This document shows positions 26,099 through 40,900 of a stretch of DNA of 64,000 nt, in pieces. The stretch lies in the NCBI GenBank assembly GCA_951406725.2, contig OX597824.1, positions 60,016,001-60,080,000 on the forward strand, given 5' to 3'. The stretch comes from Octopus vulgaris. Its lineage: Eukaryota. The translations under genes and the position numbers were made by a program. Each line of letters starts with the position of its first letter. The first letter of the stretch is position 1. Under the pieces are notes generated by a model, which saw only the letters and a list, made by a program, of their open reading frames with translations, was not told where the DNA came from and did not search any database.

Positions 26099-29000
26099 TG
26101 TGCACTCTTTGTTTTTATTTGTGTGCATGTGTTTGTGTTTTGGTAATCTTTCCTTGTTTACAAAATTTGTTGAAACTGTATTCTGATTTATTTAATAATC
26201 ATTTTGTCTGTTTTCTGTTTTTTTTTAATGCTCTTGTACCTGCAGGAAAACTTCTTGGGAGCAACATCCTGGACAACCTGTATTTAAAAAATCTTCATCT
26301 TTCCATAAATCAACTGATGTTGTCACACTGCAGCACTTAAAAAGTAAGTTCCTATTTATCTGAGGTTGTGGTAGGGTTTGAACTCTAATTATCTCATTAG
26401 AGAGATAAAGTCATCACATAAATATGATGTAAGTTGCTATAATTTAGTTCTTAGTAATAATTAAGAGTAGGAAGCTGTGTAATTTTCTCTCCAAGAGAGT
26501 AACTTTCTTTCCAATTGCAAGGAATTGTCTTAATCTGTAGAATAATTGAGAAAAGTGATAAAATTGGTATGACATAAATGAAAATGGATGATGTAAAGAA
26601 GAAAAATGTAATATAGAAAATGTGTTGGAAACATAATCAGGCTCAGAGGCAAACACCAAGAAATCTTTATTTACTGGGTACATGAAAATCTAATCACCTT
26701 CAATAGCTCCAAAACAGAATTGCCAAACAATAGTAATGAACATTACACAGCTAAAGCCTTTAGACTTGCTAAAAATATACAGTATTTTTTGGAAGCATAT
26801 CCAAAATGAGGTAATTTGAAAACACAGTGGAGTGAATGATATAATTATAGAATACCAAAAGCACAAATTCTGCTGGGCCAGACATGTCACAAGGCTCATA
26901 TACAACAAGTGGACTTTTGCAGTCATAACTGATATCCAAGAGGTCAGAAGAGACTACCTGGGAGACCTCCATGTTGATGGGGAAATGAAAGGGAAACAAT
27001 TTGGGTCCAAATGGAAAAGGGGCACAATTTAGGGACGAATGGAAGCACATGGGGATAAGTGATGTATAGGGGCTAGGCTGAATGATAACAAGATAAAGAG
27101 AGGTTCAAAACAGAAATATGAACATGGTGCATCATGCAAATACACATAAACCACAGGACTATATATATATATATATTATATAATATAAAGGAAAATGGAG
27201 AATATATACATAGGATAATCACATTATTTATTAATTACCATAGTCAGTTCATATTGCCTACGCAATGTTTTGGTTTGTTGCTCATTCAAATTTGTACATT
27301 TAAAGTGCCTTATTAAGTTGAAAGCAAAAACGATCTCAAGACAAAATGGAAGACAATTTGCCCTGAGGAGATTTTTGCTTTCAACTTTTAATGCACTTTA
27401 AATATGCAAAGTTGGATGGAGCAACAAACTGAAATGCCTGGTAGGCAATATGAATTGACTATGATATAATAAATAAATTGATTATCCTATGTATGTATTC
27501 TCCATTTTTCTTTATAATGTTAACATTTTTTTTTCCAATATCGTTAATCAACATAGAGCTAAACTGATGTATGTTTCGATAAAATTTATCCCTAGGAAAG
27601 AACAACCTTTTACAATACAAACTTATATATATATATAGTAAATAAAAAAAAAAACAAACAAAAAATAAAGAGCAAACACAAGAAAAAACAACAACGCAAG
27701 GATGCGGTACATACAAAGTATTAGCAGATGCTCAGGGTAGGAAAGAAAGGTAGTTTTTATGTTTCAAGCGAAGTCCTTCATCAGAAACAGGAGACGGAGG
27801 AAAGTTCAAGAGAAAAGGAAAACGGAGGAAAAAAATCGCCAACGATCCACATGTGGTTACATTATATATGTATAGTGTGTTATCTAAACATATACTGACA
27901 GTACTATGTTATGCATTGTACAACACTGAAACAAACACACTGTTAACATTAGTAGTTTACTGATAAAACTCACGACTGAGAATGATATATAACCAAATTA
28001 ATCCATCCAGTTCACATGAGAACAGTGAATTTATATGTATCATGTCTGTGGGTAGTTAACCTTTTTGTTAACATATTTCTATTGAAATACACTGTCTTTG
28101 TTTCAATTAATTTTTTAAAATAATGAAGAATTTGATGAGGTTGGTATCAAAAGAGTTAAGGAGGGTACTCAGTTACACAACAGAAATTAGTCTGTCTGAT
28201 TCCCTTTTTTCTGTCCATTAAGCTATGGTATATAAAGACGTTTACATTTGACTGTATTTATGGTGTGAGCTATAAACTGTAAATTGCTAATGCATCTGTA
28301 GTTTGATAAGTGTAAGCTCTTATTATTTTTGAACAGTTAGTAATATTGTGATTGTCTCACTTAAGAAAATAATTAAAACTATACATTTCCTCTTTCTTCT
28401 CTTTCTTTTCTTTTTTTTTTAAACTAACCCCCTGTTAATTGTCTTCAAGGTATTACTGACCAGACCACTTCTTATCATTTTGGTAAGACACCCGAGAGCT
28501 TCTACACAATCTATCAGTACGTATTGCTTTTTAAAATTTGTACTGACTTAACAAATTTAACATCTTCTTCATAGCCAAGGAAGGATTTTCACATAATCAT
28601 AAATTATAAAAGTGAATAATTCTTTGCTGTCATTATTGTCATCATCATCATCAATGCTGTTGTCATCATCACTGTTGTTGTCAATACTGTTGCCAATGTT
28701 ATTGCCATCACTGTTGTTACCAATGCCATTGCTGCTGCCATTGTTGTTTAGCCAAAGATCACAGTCTTGATTGAGCAGATCTTTGATCAAAGCATTCCAG
28801 TCATGACCACACCATTTTATATTTTTGTTTCCAGGCAGTGTACCTAGAATTACATTATCCACAATATTTCCATTTTTAAGATAGCTATGATTTTGAAACA
28901 CCACTGGTTGTCTGTTGTTATGGTAATCAAGTTAATGTGAACTCAAATGTTGAACTTATTTTTAGCAACTGAAGTCTCTGGAAGAAATTGAGATGCTATT

Positions 29001-32000
29001 TATAGAGAACACTATTGAACAACAATATAAAAACTATTGAGGCCGGTGAGCTGGCAGAACCATTAGCGTACTGGGTAAAATGCTTATTGGCATTTCATCT
29101 ACCTGTACATTCTGAGTTCAAATTCTACTGAGGTCGACTTTGCTGTTCATCCTTTAGGGGTCAATAAAATAAGTACCTGTTGGACACTGGGATCGATGTA
29201 ATCGACTTAACCTCTCTCCTGGAATTTCTGGCCTTGTGCCAAAATTTGAAATCAATATAAAAACTATTCTCATTAACCCATTTGATAGATTTCCTGCATA
29301 ACAGTGTTTTCTTCATTTTTGCTCTATGCAAACTTGTTAACGGTCTTCATTAAGATTACAATAACAGGGTCACCAAATACTCATATTTTTTAAATTCATT
29401 TTCACTTTATATCTACACCTTGAACCAATGATGGAGCCTTCATTCAGTGGCTTGATCTGCTAAAAATATCAGTCAAAGCTCTTTTAAATTATTTTATAAA
29501 ACCTTGGAAAGGACACCTTAGTTAATGTACTGGATTCAAACCATCAGATTTATAATTTACTCTAAACTTGCTCCTTGTATCATTAATTGTAGTGTTGTAC
29601 TAGGCACTCTTGACTCATTCATGTATCTATCTTTTACCACTTCTGTCTGCTCCTTCAGGGCCTTTGTTAACCACCATATCCAGTCATTTCTTCACAGAAC
29701 TGGAATTCCCTCAGGTTGTCATGGGACCCTACATCTAAGGACATGTTTTTCCTTCAGTTATTGACTTGCTACTGTTTGAAAGAAACATTAACCACATCAA
29801 TCTCCCCAATCTCATGGGGACTGCAAAAGCTATAGGCCCGACTCCTGTATCCAGTAAGAAAAAACATTTTCTTGTAGCGTATAGAGAAGCTTTCACTGGC
29901 AGTATCATGGAAGAATGCCATCTTATAATAATTCTGCTTGTCATTATGTTACTTAGCCCATCAGTAACACTTTCACAGGATTAGAGAAAAAGAGGGAGAA
30001 AGAAAAGTGGAAGAGAGAAAAAGAGAGAGAAGTGTCCATGATGTGAGGTAGAGGAATGTAATTATAATGCTTTCAAGTGATTAGTTGGAGGGAAAGAGAG
30101 GAGAAAGAAAAAGGGGAGAGAAAAAGGATAGGGTGAAGAGAGAGACAGAAAGAAGGAGAGAGAAAAAAAGCATTTGTAATATGTGGTAGGGGGAATGTAA
30201 AATCTTTTACGTGGTTAAAAATGTTAGTTGAAGGTATGGATATAGAGAAAGAGAGTTAGAAATATAATTTTAGCAGAGGGGTGCTGTTCTGATGATGAGG
30301 TTAAAGAAAAGCAGAGAGAGGGAGGGGAGAAAGAGAGGGAGAGGGGTAGAGAGAGTGGTGATGGTGGTGGTGGCAGTGGTGATTGCATAGTGAAAAGAGT
30401 ACTTTTCTTTTAATTGAACTAAGTTCTATCACTTAACACATACGCCTAAGTGCAATTCCATGAAATATTCATGCTAGTTTACATAGCAGATATATGCAAT
30501 TCAGCTAAGGGTTGTATCATATGTATGGGATTTTCTTTTTGTTTGTTTATGGGGAAAATGGAAAAATAAGAGTGAACATTTATTTTATGAGTGCTGCATA
30601 TTAAGCCTATAAAATTGTGTATAAAGTATATAAAGTGTATATATAAAGTGCATATTAAGTAATCATCGCATTCCAATTTCTTTCACTTTGCAATGAGTAG
30701 CAGATGGGTGACTCTTCTTCCATACAGACACAATACAGGCTACACTTTCAGGATTTTTGGATAAAGTTTTCAGAAATAACCCAATAGGTTTACCATTAAT
30801 TCTGTGAAATATTCACAGGTCCTACTAGTCAAAATTAATAGGAAGAGTGACTTATCTAGCAATATATCTGTTCAAAGATGTTCAATCAATAACTTATATT
30901 AACTTGTATATTTATTTGTTTATTTCTTCTTCAGTTCCCCGCAGTTTGACTTGTTCCTCATCAACCTGTTGCGATATTTCCATTTCTACTTTGAGAGAGA
31001 AGCTTTACGGAAGAAATATCAGAGTAATTATTTGTAAGTAACCTTAATGATGTCATTAGAAGACTTATATGGAAGGGGTAGATTGATGTTGAAAAGAATG
31101 TCCACTCATTTGATAGCAACCTGCCTGAAATCACCTCTGGTTCTATGATACAAATTTCTTGATTTAAAGTGATCTAAACTGAAACTTGTCATCAAAATAC
31201 TGCTAAATAATGGTGCTTTACTAAATTCTTCATTATTTTAAAAATTAACTGAAGCAAAGTCTATGTGTTTCAGAAGAAATATGGTAACAAAAGGATCAAG
31301 GATAATGACAAATGAAAAAGAATAAACTGTGGGAGAATAAATTAAATCATTCAAAGAGTTGAGCTGGTTGGCTATAAGCAACAAAAATATACAAAATGCC
31401 TCATAAAAAGCACCCATATTGGTGCTACATAAAAAGCACTCATGCTGGTGTCACGTAAAAAGCATCTGTGCCAGCAACACATAAAATGCACCCATGCTGA
31501 TGCTATGTAAAAAGTACCTGTGCTGGGGCCACATACAAAGCTCCTGTGCTGGTGCCATATAAAAAGTAGTTGGCATTAGGAAGGGCATCCAGCCATAGAA
31601 ACCATACCGGATCAGACAACTGGAGCTTGGCACAGCTCTCCAGCTTGCTAGCTTCTGTCAAACTGTCCAACACATGCCAGCATGGAAAATTGACATTAAA
31701 TGATGATGATGATGATGATGATATTGTGAGAAGAAAATGATGAAGAGTGGTTAAGTGAATTGTCACGCTAAGTATATATTAATTCTAAATGAAATTGTTT
31801 TATATTCATATGTGTGAGTGTGTGTGTCTGTACATATTGTGAATTTAGTTTAAAATTGTTAACATTTACCTAAATTTCTGTAAAGGTGGAATTATCCGCT
31901 ATAGCCCAAGTTTAGTTCCAGCAAGTGAGGGATTGTGTAATCAGAGTTTCTGCAACAAGAGGAATGCTTGTGTGTGTGTGTGTGTGCATGTGTGTGTATA

Positions 32001-34933
32001 TGTGTGTGTGTGTGTGCATGGGTGTGTAATGCAAGATAGTGTGTCAAATTGTGAACCTTATGTCATAACCATAACTTAGCCATTTGATAAATAGAGATTG
32101 ATAAAATGAGTAAAACACTCAAATAAATACTTTGGTCAATACGATCCCTGCAACTGTGGTCACAGACAATCATATGTTCACTAATAAAAAAGCAAAAGAC
32201 TTGTAATTTCAGCCCTGTGAATTCTTATGAATCTGAACTGAAGGCAAATGCTAAGCTAGAAATTTCTCAGAATCTCCTTGGACAGACATACTGCAGCCTA
32301 ATAATGGGCCTGGGAGTTGAAAATCAACATCACATGGAATGCGGCAGGTGAGTACTTTAAAATATAATAATTCTGATTTGATTTGAAAACTTTTGACTCA
32401 CCTAATTCATAACTCTTGGTGAGTCAACTCAGATGATCAGGTTTTGATACCTATTTGTAGTATTTTGCTTCATAACTAATGTCCTTTGGCAAGCCATAAA
32501 TGTTACAATATTCCATTTCTCTTCTATTATATATAAGAGGTTGTTTTTTACTATGTAATACATCAAATTTTACATTTTATTTAATGTATGACATATGTTC
32601 AATTCTTTCAATCAGATTCATTTTAACCAACAAAGGTATTTTAGTTCATTACTCATCATAATAATTTTTTGAAAACCAAGTTAAGTTGCTGAAAGAAGTT
32701 ACAAACTGAAATATTGCTGCAACTTGATATTGTTCATAGCAATATATTGCTACAGCTTCATAGTGTTCGCAGAGAAATATTGCCACAACCACATAAAGTT
32801 CATTGAGAAATATTGCTACAACCTGATAACGTTTGGAGTGAAATATTGCTACTGCCTGATAATGCTCAAAACAAAATATAGCTACAACCTAATAGTGTTC
32901 ATACAAAAATACTGCTACAACCTGATAATATTTGTAGCAAAATATTAGTATAACCTGATATTGCTCATAGAGAAATACAGCTACAATCTGATAATGTTTG
33001 TAGAAAAGTATTGCTGTAACCTGTTTATGTCTGTAGTAAAATATTGGTGCACCCTGGTAATGTTCATAGAGAAATATAGTTACAACCTGATGATGCTTAT
33101 AGAGAAATATTGTTGCAACCTGACAATGTTTGTAGAGAAATATTGCTACAGCCTGATAATGTTCATATCAAATTTCCAGCATTATACTATTTGTATAAAC
33201 TTGCAAAAGTTAAAAATAAATGAAAAATAAAAAACAAAATACAAACACCGTAATTACTCCATACTTGAATTGTTATCATCAATAAATAAATTCAGTAAAA
33301 TTATTAATAGAAAAAAAAAATCACAATTTACAAAAGTATACAATTAAAAAAATGATAATAAAAATAAGTAAATAAATAAATAATTTGAAAAGATATATTT
33401 GGAGGAGAAATATTTGACCAAAAATGAACCTCTGTATCTGGCTTTTGTGGACATGCAGAAAGCCTTTGACAGAAGTCTCCTGCCTCCTTATCTGGTGGGC
33501 AATGCAGAAGCTAGGGTTAGAGGAGTGTTGCTGAGAGATGTACAACCATGTACAAGGATGTTGTCGGTAAGGTGAGAGTTACCAATGAGTTTAGTAAGTA
33601 GTTTTGTGTACAAGTCGGAGTCCACCAGGGATCAGTTCCTAGCCCCCTCTTGTTTATCATAGTCCTCCAAGCTATAACTGAGGAATTTAAGACTGGCTGC
33701 CCTTGGGAGCTCCTCTATGCTGATGACCTTATTCTTACTGCTGAATCACTACAAGAGCTAGAGAAGAAATTTCAAGTATAGAAGCACAAACTGGAATCAA
33801 AGGGCCTTAGAGTTAATTTAGCAAAGACCAAAGCAAGAAAACAGGCATATTACAGATCACTTCAGGGAGATGGCCCTCCTTGATATGCAGAAAAGGTGTC
33901 AGGAGAAACTCCATGAGGCATACCCAGTGTAAGTTATAGATGCATAGGTGCAACAGTATCACTGGAAGACTAACAGAAAGTAGTTTTTACATGTGACACA
34001 TGTGCAGGTACATAAACACTAGGAATGAATGAATAAAAACAGATGCCCTCAAATATCAAGGGGGTTCCTTAGAAATGAGGGACAGTTTCCATTACTTAGG
34101 TGACCTAGTTAGTTGTGGGCGAGGTTGTTCCTACAGCTTAGATGCTAGAATAAGAATAGGCTGGGTAAAGTTCAGAGAGCTGTTACCTCTGATAGATATG
34201 AAGGTCCTCTCCTCGGAGTGAAAAGCAGATTGTATGATGCCTCTGTACAAACAGCTATGCTACATGGCAATGAGACATGGGCTGTGACTACTGAGGATGT
34301 GTGAAGGCTTGAAAGAAATGAAGCCAGTATGCTCTGCTGGATGAGTAAAGTCAGTATGCATGCATGACAGAGTGTAAGTGATTTGAGAGGAAAACTGGGT
34401 ATATGAGGTATTAGGTGTAGTGTGCAAGAGAGAAGACTGCACTGGCACAGTCATGTAATGTGTATGAATGAAGACAGTTGCATTAAGAGGTGATGATCAC
34501 TAATTGCAGAGGGAACATGTGGAAAAGAAGTGGTGAGATAGGATGTACAGATGTTGGGACTCATAGAAGAGATGACAGGGGACCAAGACACCTGGTGGTT
34601 TGCTGTGCTTGAGAAGACATGCCAAGCTAAGTGAAAGCATGGTCGTCTTTGCATATAAGCTTGTCCCCTGCATCCTCTTCACGGAGTATTCCTAACCTTG
34701 TGGGCTCATAGGTGCTGGTGCCATGTAAAAAGTACCCATACCAGTGTCACATAAACGCACCTGTGCCAGTACTGCGTAAAAGCATCTAGTACACTCTGTG
34801 AAGTTCTTGGTATTAGAAAGGGCATTCAGCCATAGAAACCATGCCAAAACAAACATGGAGCCTGGGCAGCCCTGCAGCTGGTCAGCTCCTGTCAAAGCAT
34901 CCAACCTGTGCCAGCATGGAAAACAGATGCTAA

Positions 34934-34972
<39 letters not shown>

Positions 34973-37900
34973 GTGATGGTGATGGTGATGGTGATGATGA
35001 TGATATAGACTTCCTCAATTAAGCATTGCACCTAGGGAACTCTGGTATTCCCTTCTAAACACTTTTGATGTATCTTGAAACCTTCATATCAGTATCATAG
35101 GTAACTGCAAAGCTGAGACACTGCTACACATAGAACATCATCTTGGTAAAATAGGACTTAAACAAAGTCAAAAGCTTTCTTGTCATTGACAAAGCTCCTT
35201 AAATTGTTTCAATTGTCACAGGTTGCAAGACATAAATCACCAACAGTTGAATTTTAAGGACCAACAGCTCCAAAAGCTTGTTTCAGCAAATCATATGCAA
35301 TCTTCTAAATTAGATTAGAAAAGTATTCAGTCACTGAGCTGAGAAGATGCAAGAAAACTGGAGAATAAAACAGGGAAAGTGAAAATAAAACACAAAAATG
35401 GTTTGAGTAAATACTTTAACCCTTTTGATACTAATTCCCTTGAGACTTTCCTTGTTTTATGATGCAAATTTTAAAATGATCTGAATTAACATCTTGCATT
35501 AAAATTTCTGAACATTAGCTTATTTATCTAAATTCTTTATTATTTTCATAATCAAATGAAATAAAGTTGGTATATTCAGTAGAAATATGGCAACAAATGA
35601 GTTAAATAATTTGGAGCAATATGACAGGAATTTGAGGTTGTTTCAGCTAAAACAATGGTTTTTCATGGTTTTAAGAGTTATTCAGATAAGAATGTCTTAA
35701 TCAAACCATTAATAATTATATCTTAATTAAAATATAATAATCTTTTACTTGTAGATCAAGAGTCTCAACAACTCGTAAAGACAGGATCAATTTCGAGGTA
35801 GAGATTAATTTGATTCATCTTATGATATGTCTTAACTCCCATACTAAGACATACCACTCTGTCACACTGTGAAATATGATGCTGTAATACTATACATACT
35901 TTACTATACACATTATAATATACCATGCTATATACACTGCCACACTATGCCATACCATACTATATACACTGTTACACTATAGCATATTATACTAAGCATA
36001 CTGCCACATAGATAATATGCTGAGCTATACACATTGCCACATTATACCATATTATACTATCCACACTACTACACTATACAATGCTATACTATATACACTA
36101 TCAACTATAATATACCATCCTTTATACACAGTCACACTAAATCATGCTATATTATACACATATCTCTTAACCCCTTTCTTTAGTCCAATGGTTCCCAACC
36201 ATTTTTGCAGTGGACCCCATTGATTCCTATTTTACTTGGATGGACCCTCATAGTTATTCAATGTTTAAAAATCCTCTTATATTTTTATAATTAAATATTA
36301 TTAGAAATTATATTAAAAAATTGTTGAAACATTTTGAGTATTGTAGAAGTATAACCAATTTATTGCACATAAATTTTTAACAATGGAATCCTATGTGGAC
36401 CCCTAAGGGCCATTTGGACCCTGATTTTGAACCACTGCTTTAGTCCATCTCTGCTGCCCAGGCTACCTTCTTTACTCTAATTTCACTCCAAAAGAGGAAG
36501 TTTGCCCATATAAATATATATTCCACCCTCTCATCACCTTTCTCACCTGAATACCTCTAGTGAAGACTTCAGTTTCCCTGTTGTTCCTCAATGTACATCT
36601 GTTATTTCTACTACTTTCCAAAGTCCTCCTATTGCCCGACCACACTTTTTTCATATCAAGGAAACTATATGTCACTCCTCTTTGAAGTCACAATCATCAA
36701 CCTCACTGATAACTCTTCCTGGCTCTCATACTTGTTTCACACTGATGCTATCAATATAGAAACCAAATCTTGTAATTTTCAACTCTCTATATTCACTAAT
36801 TTCATTTTTACATTTATTCCCTAAAAAAAACACAAAGACACTTGATGAAGAGACAAGCTGCGTCATATGAACAGCAATTTTTTTAAAATCTGCCAATAGA
36901 GCCTAGTCATTCAAAACAAAATAGGATGGAAAGGAGTTACTTGATAGGCGCAAAGCCATGCATTTTGTGGGATGAAACAGCTGATTCTATCAACCTCAAT
37001 ATATAACTGGAATTTATTTCACCCAGGTACAATGAAATACAAAGGCTACATTGCAGGAGTTGAATCCGTTAGATATTTTCTCTGATACTTAACCCCTTGC
37101 AGACAGGAAGTGGTACTGACTATATTGAAACACTGTGTGCATGGCTGGATGATGGTGGAACCACAATAGTGTACAGCTGCATAGCAACTATTGCTACAGC
37201 CTGCTTTACTGTTAAGAATTTCTGGTAACAGTGGATGACAGTTATGACTGCATCCTACATTTCTGTTTGGAATTTTGAATAAGCTGGTTTTTTTTGGGGG
37301 GTTATTATTAAGTGATGCCCACAGATGAGGTTATATGCATGTGACTGATGTGTAGTCATGCATATCTCTGTTGTTAGTGTGAAGAAGTGAATATTACTCC
37401 CACTAAGAAGCTTGCAAAAGTGAATAATACTTCTGCTCAGTTTCATAAACTAAAGTGATCTGTAAAAGCATGGATGTTGCTATTGAACTCTTTACGAATT
37501 TTCTTGCAATCACTATGCCTCTGAAACATTAAGTTCAGTGGCATGAAGAACTGGTACCAGGATGTTCCCATGATGATGATGATGATGATGATAGTGAGTC
37601 AGATTATGACTCAAGCCCAGAGAGCAAGTACTAAGAATCCGACAGCGAGAGCAATGATGAACCACTACAGCCTGCAGAAATTGTGAGAGATGGTAGTTCA
37701 TCCTTGGATTCTGACAAAACACTGGCTGCATATGCTGGGAAGTCTTGCGATACTGGTAAAACTATACACTGGTCAAAGAAGGACAATGTCCTGAAGTGAT
37801 ATGGATTCATGGAGCAGCCCAAAATTACATTCTTCAATGTGGATGCATTGATCATGCCACTCCAGTTTCTCAGATTTTTCATGACACTGGGAATTGGTAC

Positions 37901-40900
37901 GCTGCTATCAATTATCACTTTACCCAGCAAAGTCACTCCAGAAAGTGGGTAGATGTCACACCCAATGGGTTGGACTTGTTTTTGTCTTTCTTGATACTGA
38001 TGGGCCTGCATCTCGAACTGGATATGAAGTTATACTGAACCAGGGACCCAGTTTTGTGCGCACCATTTTTTCACAATATGATGCTTTGCAATCAGTTCAA
38101 GCAGATTTAACACAATCTGCACTTCAGTGACAACGATTTTGAAGATAATGACCAACTGTTCAAATTGTGGCAGTCATTGATATTCTGACTGAACAGTTCA
38201 AAACTGTGTATATTCCAGACCAGGATGTTGCTACTGATGAGTCTTTTTGGAAATTCAAAAGTAGACTTGAATTCAAGCAGTACAACTCCAAAAATGGGCA
38301 CGATTTGGAATTAAAGTTTTCAAAGTGTACCAGAGTGGGGGTGTTGCGTCAGGATGCACATCCAATTACAAAATATACTCAGATCAGGAGCAGAGTGACA
38401 TTCCTGTGAGCCAGAAGATTGTGTTGGAGCTGAATGAACATCTGCTCAGCAAAGGGTATAATGTTCATATGGACAACTGCTTCAGCAGCCCTAAGTTGTT
38501 TCTGTTTCCCTATTAACAGAAAACGAAAGTAATCAGAATGGTTCATCTGAATCTAAAGGACATGCCCAAGGATATGAATTTGACCCTGATAAAAGGATGA
38601 GATTGACTTTCATTCCATCACAAGTGGTTTACTCACTTTGTTATGGAAAGATAAAAAGCTCGTAAAAATGTTATCCATGCAACATACCGCTGAAATGTCA
38701 GAAATTGATAAGCGCGGAAATATTGTCAGGAAGCTAAATTGTGTTCTTAGTTACAATGAAGGCATGAGTGAGGTGGATTTTTCCAATCAAATGACCACAT
38801 CTCACTCCTGTGATAGAAAAACCATCAAATGGTATAAGAAAATGTTTTTCTATCTGCTCAACCTTTGTTTGGTCACTGCCTTCTTTGCATTGACAGTTAT
38901 GGGAACGATTTCTTGATTTTTGACTAGCACTGATCAAAGAAGTGTGTAACAACTGCCCTCCTGAAGGGTACACACCACAAGGTAGACCATCTGCTCTACT
39001 TGGTCCAGCAAGGTTGACGGAGAAATTTCCCTGCCATTATTCCCTCATCAGGGAGGAGACCATGACTGTACAGAAGATGTGGTCTTTATACAAAGAGCAG
39101 TGTGTGAAAAGAAACAAACTTTGAATGTGAGCAGTGCAGCATTTCACTTTGTGCAGCACCGTGTTTTCAAATATACCACACTGAGAAGATACACTGTAAA
39201 ATTCCTTGCATATAAAATTATGTAGTTACTGAATGGCCTAATACTGGTACACAGTACAGACTGTCAGTACTAAATCTCTCTGCAAGGGGTTAAACACTCA
39301 AATTCACCCACCTGCTTAATTAATAATAACAATTTTAAAACATAATGACTTCCTAATTTTGATTTGACTAATGGCAAGTTGTGAAATTTTTGCATGATAT
39401 TCAAAAATTCTGCAATTTATTCCCATGCTTCTTAGAATTTTACCATTCCATTACATTGATTTTAACATTTCTGTAAAATAACAAGTCTGCTTTTATGTGG
39501 TCTTTTGGCCTCTTAGAAATAGCAATCAAATCTCTCACAAATTACACCATACCATCTTTAGAAAAAAGGGAAGACAAATTGGATAAGGTAGTCCCGGATG
39601 TTTTGAGTTCGAGTGAATAACAAAATGGTCATTACTGGAGGGACTTTGATCACAGGTCTATTGGATTAGCAATGAGTTGAGATTAAACAACATTATAGCA
39701 ACAATAACAATATTTATACATGAAGAAATTGATTAGATTGGATAATAAATATATATTTTTGTTCCTTTGTAGAGATTATATATTTTTAGTACCTACTTTC
39801 TTGGGATTAGCTACCGACAGGCAGAACAAGGGATAATTAATAAAGAAATTAATCGGTAAGTAATTGGCATAACTTAGTTTTTCTATTTGGTTTGAAAGAT
39901 TTTTGATGTGAATATGTGTGTTGAAACAAATTTTGCTGTCTTGGGAGAGTCATTAAGCCAATAATAATAACGCACATACACGTCCAATTTCAGCTCTTTA
40001 TTATTAGTCAATTGGTTAAATACCTAACCAACTAACTACTCAATCATTTGTTTAATGTGTTTGTTAAACAATCAATCAATCGTTTGTTTGTTAGTCAAAG
40101 TTCTTTTGCCGCTGTCCATGACCTTTTCAGTGACTTAGTAACTTCCCTTCTCGCTCCGAGGACTATTCTGCATCTGTCTGAAAATTGATCTTATGTCTGT
40201 ATGTATGTGGCTGTGTGTTTTTACATTTCCATGTGTGTGTGTTTATGTGTGCATGTGTATGCATGTCCATCTATGCATGTGCATGGATGTGTAATGGAAT
40301 TGTACATAGTTATATGTATTTATTTGTATGGGTTTACCTGCATTTACTGTTGTTTTGACCCTATCCTCTATATACTAGCATATACCATCTCATATATGCC
40401 CATCTACCCATAAACTCTTGGAGTAATCCCATGGTCATTCATGACCTAAGAGGGTCTTTACCCTTTTAGCACCTCTTCTAAATATATATATTGTTTTCTT
40501 TTTTGTTTAAATCTATTTTTCCATCTTAGTATGGGTTAGATGAGGAGGTATTTGAGGCAGGATTTTTATGACCAGATGCTCTTCTTGTCGCCAGTACTTT
40601 TGTAAGCAATGGATTTGTGTGTGTGTGTGTGTGTGTGCGTTTATGTCTTACCCTTTCACAGTCTGCTTAAGTTTGTTTACATTCCATAACTTAGCAGTTT
40701 GGCAAAAAGACTCTGATAGATTAAGTACCTGACTTACAAGAAGTTCTGGGATGAGTTTGATCAACTCAACCTTTCAAGGAGGTGCCCCCAGAATGACCAC
40801 AGTCCAAGGACTGAAACAAGTGAAGGAATAAATAAATAAATGGCTCAGCCATTGGCTTCAATTAGTTTTCTAATTACTCAATTTTCTAGTTACTCAATTG

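Noticed and set aside
28450-28482. Shorter exon 6 using the internal gtaaga donor at 28483
   Set aside because: It would put exon 7 out of frame. The gtacgt donor at 28517 restores frame and homology (SF..Y).
32708-33168. Regular 33-bp repeats as a CRISPR array
   Set aside because: Head-to-tail tandem units with no unique spacers, in a eukaryotic intron.
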